The notes: generated by a model not told the origin, from the sequence alone. Positions 1 to 11,870 are shown, counted from the stretch's first letter. The stretch: DNA of 32,084 nt from Guillardia theta CCMP2712 (GCF_000315625.1 NW_005434564.1:125270-157353); one strand, 5' to 3'. Numbers and translations are program-made.

Positions 1-39
1 TCTGGTAGGGTTTGAAGGCTGCAGAAAAATAATCATCAT

Positions 40-95
<56 letters not shown>

Positions 96-3000
96 CCTGC
101 CCCTGCTCCTTCTGCCCCTGCTCGTGCTCGTGCTCCCTCACCATCCTTCTCTCCCTTTTCCATTCCCCCTTTCCTTCTTCCTCACCAGATGTGTCTGAGG
201 TCTGAAATTTTCTTCTCCATCGTCTCGCGATAATCCTTGGGGACGAACTCCTTGAACTCGAGCGTGTATGGGACGATGGACCTGAAGGAGGCGATCAGGA
301 GGAGGGGAGGAAGGGAGAAGATGAGAAGACGAGGAGGGGAGGAGAGGAGGAGAAGAGGAGGAGAAGAGGAGGAAAGACAGGAAAGTGGAGGAAGGGAACA
401 GCGGCAGGTAGGAGAGGAGTGAAGATGGAGGGAGCGAGGAGGAGCGAGAGGGCAGGAAAGCGGCGGAGGAGAAGGAGAGAGGACAAATAAGGAGAGGAGG
501 ACGGAAAGGAGGAGCAGGGAGACGAGGGGAAGGAGGAAGGAAGAGAGATGGAGAGAGAGAGAGAGAGTAGGAGCAAGAGGGTAGGAAAGCGGTGGAGAGG
601 GGAGAAGGAGTGAGCACAAATGGACAGGAGGACGGGAAGGATGAGAAGAGAGAGGGAGAGGATAAGGAGAAGAGGAGAAGTAGAGGGGGAGGAGGACGAG
701 GAGAAAGGGAAGGAGAAGATGAAAAATTCATCTGCATACTCGCAGAATTGCGTGAAAACTCCTCGGAGCAGTTGAGAACTCTCCTCTTTCACTTGAGCAA
801 TAAGGAAATATGCAATCTAGGGAGAACAAGATCGAACAGAGTCAGGATAACAAGGAGAGGAACATGAAGGGAAGGAAGAACGTGACTACAACAATCAACT
901 GGAGGGAGAGGAAAACAAACAAACGGGAAGAATGTCCATGGGCAGAGGCGGGAGGAGCGGACAAGACAAGACAAGACATGAACAAAGGCAAATTGGGAGA
1001 ACGTAATAACATGATAGTGATGACGAACCATCTCCCCTCCCCTCCCCTCCCCTCCCCTCCCCTCCCCTCCCCTCCCCTCCCCTCCCCTCCCCTCCCNNNN
1101 NNNNNNNNNNNNNNNNNNNNNNNNNNNNNNNNNNNNNNNNNNNNNNNNNNNNNNNNNNNNNNNNNNNNNNNNNNNNNNNNNNNNNNNNNNNNNNNNTCCC
1201 CTCCCCTCCCCTCCCCTCACCTCCCTCCCTCCCTCCCTCCCTCCCTCCCTCCCTCCTCTCCCTCCCTCCCTTCCCTCCCTCCCTCCCTCCCTCGCATCAA
1301 ACTACAATCACAGAAGCTTCTGCTCGTTGCAATCACACTGCACACGATTTTCCAGCATCAAGGCTGTTGGCTGACTAGTCGAACCTGAGAGGAAGATGTA
1401 AACCTCAACATGTCCTGCCCTGCCGCCCGGAGGCCGAGGCTGTTGATGTCAATGACAACTTGCAAGTTCTTTCCTGTTGGTGTTGTTGAGAAGTGAAGGA
1501 GATGAAAGTTAGAACGACCTTTCTTGACTTGCACGACCTCGAAGCATTCAGTCGGAACATTCGCAGAGAGTGCAAGATCCTGTGGTAAAGAGAGCAGCGT
1601 CAATCATCCTCATCATCCTCATCCTCATCCTCATCCTCATCCTCATCCTCATCAGCATCATCATCATCATCATTATCATCATCCTCATTATCATCATCAT
1701 CATCCTCCTCCTTCTCATCCTCATCCTCCTCCTCCTCCTCATCATCATCATCATCATCCTCATCCTCCTCCTCCTCCTCATCATCATCATCATCATCACC
1801 ACCACCACCATCATCATCATTATCATGTTCACAGTCACCTTCATCAAAGCGTTGTCGAAAGCATGTCTTCTCGTCGACTCTTCTAGATCTTCTTCCTCCA
1901 AGTTCTTCCAACCCATCGCATCAAATAAATCTTTTCCTTTTCTCCCCCTCCCCCTCCTGCTTCTGATTTCTGCTTTCTCCAGCGCTCCTGTTCCTATCCC
2001 ACTGCCTCTTTCCCTGCGCCACCTCTCTGCATTCCGTTGCTCCACCCCTTCTTCTTCCTTTCTCCCCTCCCTCCTCCTGTTCCTTCCCAAGCTTCTTCCC
2101 ATCCCTCCTCCTCCTTCCTCCCTGTGCTCCTCCTTCCTCCCGCTCCTCGTCACTCACCATGTTGAGAGAAAGGAGGACCGAGAATCTCTCCACGTTGAAA
2201 TACTCATAAGGGACTCCCTCGCTCGCACGAGCAGGAGGCTCTTCAACTCCCTCCTCCTGCAACCCCAACTTGGGTCAGATCCTCCTCCCTCCTCCCCTCC
2301 TCTGCTTCCATCTTTCTTCTCTGCTCTCCTTCTCTCCCTCTCCCTCCACTCCCTCTACCCCTCGTCATCGTGCCCCGTTCTCCTGCTCCTGCTCTTACCC
2401 TTGGTGGGAGAGACTCGTACGACATCGGCTGCTGAAGCATCGAGCGCTTCCATGGCGCCCTCTGCAATGTGCCAGAATGAGGACAAGAGGAGAAAGAGAA
2501 AGGAAAAAACGAGGAGGAGACACACAGTTGAGAACGGAGGGGAGGAGGAGAGAACGGTAAGGCAGGAAAGGAGGAGGAGGGAGCGGAGAACGGCAAGGGA
2601 GAAGAGGAGGGAGGAGAGGAGGGAGGAGGAGAGGAGGGAGGAGAGGACTCACCTCCCTCGGCTTCGGGATGGCAGCCCCAGTGCTGTTGACAAACACCTG
2701 CTTCGAGATTCTCTTCTCGATCCCCGTCGACGTCATCACTAGCATCGCTCTGTCGTGCGACTCGTGCTCCCTCTCCGCAAAGCCCCTGGGACGGCCGTAG
2801 CCGACGGGCTGCTGGTGGGTCTCAAACTTCTCCCGCAGCTCTCGCCTGCGATCTTCGGTGTAGTTGTCGTTCAGTGTTGAGATCTTGATGTCTTTCAGCC
2901 TGCCATCCACCTTCACCGCACACACATGCAGGCGGCAATGAAGGAGCGGACCTGTTCTCCAGCTCTTCCGCCATGGTTTTATCGTTGATGCTCGCGTTTT

Positions 3001-3422
3001 GAATGACTGCAAGGTAGAAGAAGGGCTCAACAACAGTCCTCCCCTCCTCCCATCCATTACGTCCCTGCTTTGCTCCACTCTCCCTCTGGTCTCTCTAGTC
3101 CCTCGCCCCCTCCTGCTCTGTCTGTCTGTCTGTCTGTCTGATTCTCTCTCCCTCTCCCTCTCCCTCTCCCTCTCCCTCTCCCTCTCTCGCTCCCTCTCCC
3201 TCTCCCTCTCCCTCTCTCTCTCCCTCCCTCTTTCCCTCGCTCTCTCCCTCCCTCCCTCCCTTTCCCTCTCCTCCTCCTTACTTTCATCTTCTGCTTGGAA
3301 GTTTTCACGAAGACGTGTCGCACCTATCAGCGTTCAGACATTCAGATCATTGCGCATGGGTCGGCACCAGCACGAGGATCAGCCGGCAAGAGCCATGAGG
3401 GTCGAATGGTCTTTCCCGCCAT
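1..3422 (-). CDS. Multi-exon hypothetical protein, 3'-truncated at the window's left edge, containing a SEA-like alpha/beta module
   Basis: ATG at 3422. GT-AG splicing gives phase-consistent exons: MAGKTIRPSWLLPADPRA|GATRLRENFQAEDE|IIQNASINDKTMAEELENR|LKDIKISTLND...KPRE|RAPWKRSMLQQPMSYESLPPR|EEGVEEPP...LLSLNM|NLEEEDLEESTRRHAFDNALMK|DLALSANVPTECFEVVQVKK|GKNLQVVIDI...SSSQ|IAYFLIAQVKEESSQLLRGVFTQFC|ESIVPYTLEF...DLRHI|CLQTLP. The intervening DNA is microsatellite-rich intron. Confidence 0.8.
1602..1826. repeat. (CAT/CCT/CAC)n trinucleotide microsatellite in an intron
   Basis: Direct reading of the sequence. It lies between the exons ending FDNALMK and starting DLALSA. Confidence 0.9.
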
Positions 3423-5010
3423 GTCACGGCTGTAGCCTTTTTTTGCTTCTTCCACCGCGCCACCCCGTTACGTCTGCTTCCTCCTGACCAACCCAGTGGC
3501 TGGTGGAAGAGAAGGGTCAGTGATAGGACAATACAGGAAGAGCCATCCCAAGTCTTGTGTGATGCCTCCTGTTCTTCTTTGAGTTGCTATATCCAAAATC
3601 TCTCCCTCCTACCCTCAACTCCTCACTGCACTCAACCCTCTGCCCTTTCCTCTCTCCTACTGTATCCTTGATTCTTCAAGTCGCAATTTCTTCCCTCACT
3701 CCACCTTTTTCAAACCCAACATCTACCTACCTAAACTCCGGCACAGCACCCTCGTCATTGTTGACTCACTCAGAAAACAATCTCATCAGCACCATACCAC
3801 CGATTCCTGTCTTCACTTCTGATACCATACTCTTCTTCATTATTCCGCATCATATATCCCCCTCTTCGTTCCTCTTCCTCCTCTCCCCCCATCCTCTCAC
3901 TCTCTTCCCCTCGTCTTCCTTCCTTGTTCCTCTACCGATCTGCCGCCCTGATCGCATTTTTGTCTCCTCGCTCCGACTCTGAGGCGAACCTGAAAACTGA
4001 TAGTACCAGAACTCAGTGAAGCCGTGGAACCCGGCGTTCTCGGGGCCCGGCGGGGCCGAAGCCCGACACCTTCTGTCGGGAAACTCCAGCACCCCCATGG
4101 CACATGGGTAACCCCGTACATCCTTTCTCTGACATCCATTTCAAAACTTATCTGTAATATTCATTTGTGATAGTAAATTTTGAAGGAAATTTCTCACAAT
4201 AATGAAAATTGACCGTACCCCACCCCTCTGGGAGATATCAAAAGAACCCCCACCCCCTAGAGTGCCAAGGACGTGGCCTTTGGCTGGGAACAAGAGGACT
4301 TAATTTAGCAGAGATGTGTCTTAATTTAGGTCCTATGTCGCTAAAAGGATCTCAATTTCGGTAGAATATCCCTCAATTAAGCAGAAAGTGACTAAAAGGC
4401 GTCAGGATCCCGATGGTTGGGGAATGCAGACGAGTGGGGGTCCCGCATAGGGAGGGAGGGAGAGAGCGGGGGGGAGAGAGACAAGGAGGGAGAGCAGGAA
4501 AGAGAATGGATTGATGATGCTGAGAAGAGAATGTAGAGAGGAAGATAACTTGATGGTGTAGGCGAGAGAGATCAGTCCCAAGGAAATCAGGTAGGATGAC
4601 TGGGGTGAGAAGAAGGAAAAGACGCAAGAGAAAGCTATGGTGTGAAGCAAAAAGCTATGGTGTGAAGCAAAATGTGAAGGGGATGCGGAGAGGATAGTTT
4701 ATATAGAAAAATGATTGGGTGCATAATATGAATCGATCGAGGAGCTGGGTTAAGGAAGTAGAGCCATGTGGGCGGAGAAAGGCGCATGCAACTGGAAGCA
4801 GCTGCCGTAGATCCAAAGTGATCTGATGTTCACCCGATGACACGATGTCATGAATATCATGGATTTGTATTGATGTCTATGATGCCATGGATGTTTCATG
4901 GCAATAATGTCGTGAGCGTGTATGATGGCAATGATGCCATGGAGTTCTTTTTTGTGTTGTTAATGTTCACTGGCCAGTCACCAGAGCTCTTAAGTGAAGC
5001 TGCAGCAGGG

Positions 5011-5890
5011 ATGTCCGTGGAGACCGTCATGAAGGCGCTAGAGCCCCTAAAGGTCCAACTCTGGAGGGGAGCCAACAGGCTCACGTCTCTGGTCCCTCCT
5101 CCGCCTTTCGGGGGGAGGCCCGGCATACAGAAGAAGGTGTTCATCGTTTGCTCCAACCCCGTTGGCTCGTCCTTCTCCAACGCCATCGCCGACTCGGCGG
5201 AGAAGGGCCTGCTAGCCAGTGGCCACCTCATCCGGCGCATCAACCTCTACTCCATGCCGAGTGAAGTTGGGGGAGGAGAGTTCCGGTCGCTGCTCTCGAC
5301 AGATGAGCGGCAGAGCTACTTCCAAGAGAACAACCAGCCTCAGCTCAGGCAGGACAAGCACGTCGAGCACGTGGTGGAGAGCTTGAAGTGGTGTGACAGC
5401 CTGGTGCTGGTCTACCCGACCTGGTGGTTCAACATCCCTGCCATCCTCAAAGGATTCTTCGATAGGTGCTTCGTCCCGGGTGTGGGCTTCAAGTACGATC
5501 CTGAGCTCGGCCAGAGAACTACAGGGCTCAAGAACATCGAGCAGGTGTGCAGGTCCGTCGTTGTGCTCAGAGTAAGATGACGTGCCTTGTCTTCAGGTTG
5601 CTGTCATCACAACCTACGGATTCTCTTGGCTAGAGGTCATGAAGGCCGGAGACGCCGGAAGGCGGATGATCTCAGGTGGAATGAGGATGCTGTTTGCTCC
5701 CCTCTGTACCCTCAAATGGCTGGGGTTGTACGAAATGCAGTCAGCTCAACCTAGGGAGGTAATGATCTCAGTGCATGCCCAACAAATCCTGATTTGTAAG
5801 ATTGTCTCTTCACTGATGGAATCGTGTTGTCTGGTGTAGGTGCGCACGGAGTTCTTGGAGGAGGTTGAGCAGGCCTTCAAGGAGTGGTGA
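5011..5890 (+). CDS. NAD(P)H dehydrogenase (quinone), flavodoxin-2 / NQO-MdaB-like family; exons 5011-5544, 5597-5758, 5840-5890
   Basis: Family motifs KKVFIVCSNPVGSSFSNAI, LKWCDSLVLVYPTWWFNIPAILKGFFDRCFVPG and VAVITTYG. Two phase-0 GT-AG introns (52 and 81 nt) join the three exons, ending VRTEFLEEVEQAFKEW*. The true start is uncertain because the frame is open upstream to 4837. Confidence 0.9.
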
Positions 5891-6042
5891 AAACCTCCAT
5901 TGAAAGGAAAAAAAACGTTTATTCATGGTTTAAAAAATTAAAGAAACAATATCTCTATCGTGCCGAACAAAAACCTCTATCATATTCAGCTAAACTGAGA
6001 ACCTTGAATGGAGTCTTTGCAACAGAGCAAATATGATTGCAT

Positions 6043-6393
6043 TTACATTGTCGTCCAGTACAGATTTTCTTGCTGCACTCGACCGAGATTCGCGTCATGT
6101 TTTAAGATAGATTTCTGTTGAGTGTCCCACTCGATCTCAGGCAGTTCAGCCGAGCTCTTCTCCCCCTTGACTGCAATGCGCAGCTCCACCAGCCTGATTG
6201 AATGCGCGAGAGCGCGCAAAGATGAGCGCTTTGTGGACGATAGACTCTCCCATTTGGACCTTGACAGTTTGAATGGGATCTCTTCCTCAAGAGATGAAAC
6301 GGCGGGATGTGCTGTTGGCTCATCTGGACTCCAGGAGGGTTGTCTCTCGGTATCGAGGACGATTGAGCGAGAGCTTGGGATGGAAACTTTCAT
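6043..6393 (-). CDS. Hypothetical protein (116 aa), possibly the 3' part of a longer gene extending to about 6700
   Basis: ATG-initiated, non-repetitive ORF converging on the oxidoreductase across an AT-rich gap. No recognisable motif. Confidence 0.35.
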   Translation of the reverse strand: MKVSIPSSRSIVLDTERQPSWSPDEPTAHPAVSSLEEEIPFKLSRSKWESLSSTKRSSLRALAHSIRLVELRIAVKGEKSSAELPEIEWDTQQKSILKHDANLGRVQQENLYWTTM

Positions 6394-7297
6394 GGTGAGA
6401 GGAGAGCAGCAGAACCACGCAGTGGCTCTACAATGTTCTCATAAAGACAAATCTGCAAGTTGGTCTTGAAGCTCAGGGAGTTTGTCTTGTGTTCGAACTC
6501 TTGAACGGCTAGCTCCTCTTGCAGGTAATGAACGCGAAAGTCGATGTGGTACCGTTCGGAGGAAGAGAAGGGGAGATCCTTGGGCAGGAGCGGAGAGGGT
6601 TGCGGAGGCTTGAAGGGCAAAGGAGCACGAGGGCGGTACGTTTGAAGAGGGGAGGGAGTTGGTTACGGCGTCTCGGTCATCAAGAAGGGATAAACCTTCC
6701 ACAAGAGGAACAAAGAGGAAACAAGGAGTCGGAAAGACTCTTGGACGATACACCGGGGCACTACTGGGAAAAAGAGGGATGGGTCATGTACCTACCCATT
6801 AAATGACCGAAAAATCAGGTGCTGATTGGGGTCGGGGTACAGAGGAATTCGACTTACCAGGGGTGGGGTACAGCACATGACACTGTCACGGCCGTCATCC
6901 ATCTGACCTTGAGATGCAACGTTTCCGACTTTTTATAAGACATGCTGACATGTCAAGGGACCAAAATACTTGTATACAATATTGTATAAAATGCTACAAC
7001 ACAATTTTAGCTTTTCTTGGAGTTAGGGCATCATGGGGTGGGATAGTGTCGGAAATACCGGTTTATTCTCTTTTTTCGGTACTCTTCCCAGATGGGGGGT
7101 GGGGGTGAGATATTCAACAGGGAGGTGGGGTCCTCCTCAAAGTCATGAACCTGCACTCCCAATTGCAAATGGTTGCGTCGCTTCATCGACATTGCATATT
7201 TGAAATATGAAGGACAAATTTGAAAGATCTCTCCAAGTAAAACCAAGTTGAGTGACGCGGTACAGAATTGTACTCATCATCATCATCATTATTATTA

Positions 7298-9352
7298 GGC
7301 GCGGCTAACGCGAGAGCAAAATCCAATTTTCCTGGTACTAATTTTAGTCAACACATCTCGGGTGATTTGAAATCTTCCCTGGATTTCTGTTAAAAGTGAA
7401 TTATAAACAAAATCTTTTCAGACGAAAAGCAATCTTCAGATTGCATTTCCCTTAGGCACCGATGGACATGCAGCAAGCGACATGATGCGAGGATCATGAT
7501 GAATGGGAGGAGGAATGATCTGAAGACGACTACGACGACGGATGGCAGTAGGGGTTTTATGGAAGCGCTGAATTGCGTAGCGTAGGTACTAAAGTTTTAC
7601 TTAAATTGGCTCTGAATTCAGACACTATTCAGGGTTTGAATAGTCTCCTATGTCACTATTCAGGGCCTGAATAGCGTTTGAATAGCTAAATCGCAACGTT
7701 TCGACATCTCGGTAAAAGCCGACGACCCGCCCCCAGACAGGGCGTTCCACACCGCGTTCACATGGCGTGAGCATGCTCGCCCGACCTCCTTGTCGTGTAC
7801 CTTGGCCTCCCCATCTGACTGACAACATGACGTCAACACCCATCCTGTCAGAATAGACTCGTGCAAGTATGCAAGCATGAGCGTACCCTGACTCTTTACA
7901 ATCGGTTCTCGCGCTCGTTGAACGTCACTGAAACAGCAATATTTTGATGATGACTGCTTCCCTGTTGTGTGCTCCATGAGGACAATGGCTCTGAGATTTT
8001 GAATGACATCGTTTACTTGAACACATGGCCACATACAGAACGTTTTCACAGTAACATACATAGGTTAAAGAAATAGCAGAGGTAAAGCGGAAATTGCAAC
8101 GGGCAAACGTCGCTGCTTTCTGAGAATCAGTGTGTCAAGCTATGCAGATTCCAGTGAATTGCTCCTTGGAAAGCGTGCATTGGAACCGCAAATCCTAAAT
8201 GGAAGACCCAGACATCGAGAACATTCGCTGGAAGTGACGAAGTTCATGCAATAAAAGACTTCATAATTTACCGTTTCATGTTGTTGATGTTCTGCATGAC
8301 TGCATCAGGCATACTACATGAGAGAATCATGCAATATACGTGATGCTGGAACCTCATACAAGTGCAGCATGACCTTTGCATGCGCATCCGATCTTCATTC
8401 TGTCCTCATTGCATGTCTACCTCATGAACTTGAATGCATCGGTGGAACAAACTTCTAACAGTTCAAAAAAAGAGTGGATTGTGGTACAAATTGATAACTG
8501 GAGTCTTGAACTGGGGTCACCTATGGATTTAACCTAGATCTTAAGCCCTTTCTCCAGGTTAACTAAAGTGGGCACACTACGCTACGCTATTCAGAAGGAC
8601 ATCCATAAAACCCCTAGTCTTCGTGCATGTAAAAGCGTCTCAAAGGGCATGAACATTTATCAAAATGACCTATAGAATCACCCATAATGCCACTGGAAGG
8701 CGAGCTCTCTCAACATGCAGAGGAAGATTTGACAGGTATACATGGGTAAAACCTCTTTAAACTAATAAGAGGCTTTCGAATCTTTGAAACCAAACTCTTT
8801 ACAATATGGATTCCTTCTCACCTTCCACCCCAGGTCGCTAGTATCCGCCCTTTTTTCCAACGATGCCACCCCTCCTTCCTTCCTTGCCTCCATCTCCTTT
8901 GCCGCAGTTCGTTTCTTGCCAGCCTGAGCATTCTTTGGTACTTTCAATAGCAAGTTTCCTAAAGAACGGGTCCACTAGCCTCCATGACAGTAGAAAGCAC
9001 TCTCAGCCAACACAAAGTTGTGTTCCAGAATCTCGTTTCCTTCAGCCCCCCCCGGCTCCCTCCCTGTGTCATCGGGAGACAACCAACATGTATAATAGAG
9101 GAAAAGTTGCATATATGCGCTCGGAGCAAGAGGAACCAAACAATCAGCACACGCTGTGTCTCAACTTTCGTTCGCATCCGCCATGTGTGCGATGATGGAG
9201 ATGGCTGGGAATTTGAACACAAACGATGACAAAAATAGCAATTTACACTCTAAAAACGGATTCAAACTAAATTGTTGTATTTTTCAAATAAATTTCAGGG
9301 TCTGAAATATTCCAGGATTTTGTTGCCAATCTGCTCTCGCGTTAGGCGAACC
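7298..9352. mobile_element. Non-autonomous TIR DNA transposon, PIF/Harbinger-like (TTA flanks)
   Basis: Left end GGCGCGGCTAACGCGAGAGCA (7298-7318) versus reverse complement of the right end GGTTCGCCTAACGCGAGAGCA (9352-9332): 18/21 matches, inner 14 bp perfect. TTA lies directly outside both ends (7295-7297 and 9353-9355). No intact transposase ORF. Confidence 0.65.
7551..8614. mobile_element. Nested non-autonomous TIR element (MITE-like) with a TA target-site duplication
   Basis: Perfect 13-bp TIR GGGGTTTTATGGA (7551-7563) / TCCATAAAACCCC (8602-8614). A second inverted block, 7568-7585 versus 8577-8594, matches 17/18. TA on both flanks (7549-7550 and 8615-8616). Confidence 0.8.
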
Positions 9353-9960
9353 TTATTGTATCGCAGGCGGAATTTTGAAAAAAGTCCACTCGTTGACTAA
9401 AACCACCAGTACCTCGTAATGGTACCATTGTACTGGTCTTTAACTTAACTTTGAGTAAAGAGACCCTCGACGGAGATGAGCCGTGCTGTGTCAGTGCCAT
9501 AACTTGAGCCCCGGCCGCGGGCCCGGTGCCGCTGTAGTGACCGGCAGACACTCAGGGCCGGCGAGACTGCTGACTTCGGAAATGGAGGGGTTTCGGTTAC
9601 GACCCTTCGGACGAGTAAAACAGGATGTTAACATTATTTTAAAATTGAAAGTTGACAGGCTGACAAGAGTTTAACTCATCAAAAAACAGCTTTCGTACCG
9701 CAAAGATCACTTAATATGGATGAGTAAATCGAGGCGGTACCACTGTGACTGGGCCGCGAGCGGACGCTGCTGACGCAAACGCAATTCATCCCTTGAGTAA
9801 ACCCATAGGGTGACAAGGGAGATACACGACCGACCTCTTTCAGCCTTCAAGAACTCTTCTTCCTTCCTCCCCGCTCATCGCCTTCAGCTGTGCTGACCGC
9901 CATCTTTGGCTGCTTCCCCTCCCCTCACTCCCGTCCTCTGCGGTCCTGCCGTTGGATCAG

Positions 9961-10449
9961 GTTGACAACTTCATCTCCTCGCGCTCGTGCCTGCATTGCG
10001 CTGAAACCCTCCATTCGCAACCTTTTCAACTTGTTCATTGCATGCTCTCTTCCATCTTCCCGCACTTCACCACAGCCAATCTAGCAATCTGTCTCAATCC
10101 TGCGTGTATCTGCACTCTCTATATCCGTTCTCCTTCTCACTTGATCTCAGCAGGAGCAGAAGGATCTTTCTACTTGCAAGAAGCGCTTTCGTGCATGCCG
10201 CACCGTAGCCTACTCTCTCCCTCTGACGTCTGAATGCTCCCTGTCGACGGCAAAGACGCGATATGGGAAATCGCCCCCGGCCCAGAAGAGAGAAACTTTC
10301 AGTCGCTGCCATCGCACAAACACCGTGCTCTGGTTGCCCTCAAGCACTCCATCTGTATGATGTTGAAGCGCATCTCAGAGAAGGACCCTGGAACCACAGC
10401 GGTCCTCCCGTCCCTTGAGATGGTGGACGAGGGAGGAGAAGCCGTGTGA
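9961..10449 (+). CDS. Hypothetical protein; 5' end not resolved
   Basis: Plausible splice path VDNFISSRSCLHCAETLHSQPFQLVHC...NP|QEQKDLSTCKKRF|HAIWEIAPGPEERNFQSLPSHKHRALVALKHSICMMLKRISEKD...GEAV*. It needs one GC donor and no clear start exon was found. Confidence 0.4.
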
Positions 10450-11199
10450 CCTTTCCAATTGGATCAGGGTGAAAAGAATGTGGCATTAGGGGCAAGGTGA
10501 AAGAATCTCTTGCTCGTCGTCAACAAAGTCAGGCGAAGGACTCTCAAAGGGCTGAAAGCATGTAATGGCTAGATGTGCTCTCGAGTATGACCCGTGGTGG
10601 CCGAGAGAGCCTGTCTAGTACGGGTGGTTTCCTCACTCCTGGTAAGAAGTGGAGCAGAAGCTTGTGAGAAGCGAGAGCTTGCACGGGGCGAGTGTGATCG
10701 TGCAGCAAGGAGCACTACCCCAAGTCCTTCCCTACCCCTATAAGGATCAGCCTCTTCTGTTAGAAGGGTCTGTCTTTTCTCTTGCTGCGTGTACCACGAA
10801 TCGATAGCGTGTGTTCGTGTTGTCAAATAAACTCATATCTCTGCTCTTCACCTTTGTGTGTGTAGCAGCGGAGATGCCTTGAGCTTCGCTGCTGAGTCGC
10901 TGTAGACGTCTGCAACCCGTAAAGCTTCGGAGTGTGACAGAGGGCTGGACTGACGTGCAGCTTTGTTACAACTGCTGCAATGAGTTACACACTGTCCACA
11001 ATGAGTAACAGCCGGCAAACGTTTCAATTTCCTATCAGCTCATCACTGTTTTGCAAAGGCGAGTTTCCCCAGGACTGAAAAATATCTCAGCCTTCCAGTC
11101 ACTGAGACGAGCATGCATGGAAAGCCGCAGGAGAACGATCCCAGTGATGGCTTCTATTACTTGACAACTCAGCACTTCAATCATAGTACGTGTTTGGCA

Positions 11200-11870
11200 A
11201 GCTCCGAGCGGCTCCGAGTGGCCCTCCGCACACAGGCTGCGGCGGCAGCCGCGACTGCACACAGTACCGTCCGGCGCCGGTACGGTACAGAGCCGGGCTG
11301 ACGGTGCAAACAATGCGGCGGCGGCGGGGGCCCGGCCCCGGGGCGTCCGACCAGCCGCGCCGGCGAGTGACTGCTGGCACGTGGCCCATGACCATGCCGC
11401 CCGCGGCAGTGCGGGGCCCATGACCGTACGTGGGGGATCCGACCGTGCCACCCGGGTGCTCGCCAAGTCGGGACCGGGGCCGCCGGGACTTTCATCCGGG
11501 ACGGCCCCGGGCCCGCCCGCAGTGAGCGGCCGCCCCGGCGGTGCGCCGGGGCCCGGCCCGGCCCGGCCCCCGCCGCCGCGCGGCGCCGGGACGGCGCATT
11601 CACTGTACGGTGAATGGACTCCAGGCTGCCGGCGAGCCGATCGGAGTCAGTGACTACGGTCGTGTCGGCCCAGGCTGAGTCATCATCCCCATGATCCCGA
11701 TGATCCCGAGTCCCGGTCCGGCGATCCACGGAGGCTGCCGGGCCTGGCCCGACCGTTTCAACTTCCGGGCCCGGCGCGGCCATGACCGTGAGTCCGACCG
11801 TCACCGGGTCCCGGACTCCCGGAGTCGGGGGCCGGCCCAGGCTCCGAGGCTCTGACTCCGCACTCAGTCA
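11200..11870. other. GC/CpG-rich intergenic block made of short palindromic words
   Basis: Dense CCGG, GGGCCC, CGGCCG, GGCGCC, GTAC, GAGTC/GACTC and CAGTGA words. All ORFs here are low-complexity Arg/Gly/Pro/Ala. Confidence 0.7.

Noticed and set aside
1524-2742. Poly-His, poly-Ile and poly-Asp ORFs
   Set aside because: They come from the (CAT)n microsatellite in an intron of the minus-strand gene.
4630-4672. Approximately 21-bp direct duplication AAAGCTATGGTGTGAAGCAAA x2
   Set aside because: Adjacent copies with nothing between them; simple slippage.
7660-9229. Short ORFs inside the TIR elements as transposase
   Set aside because: No recognisable DDE, HTH or Myb/SANT motif and frequent stops. 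A translated homology search is needed to exclude remnants.
10500-11030. Possible small gene
   Set aside because: No consistent splice path or motif on either strand.
11035-11804. Arg/Gly/Pro-rich ORFs in the GC island
   Set aside because: Several frames on both strands are open simply because high GC suppresses stop codons. No motif is present.
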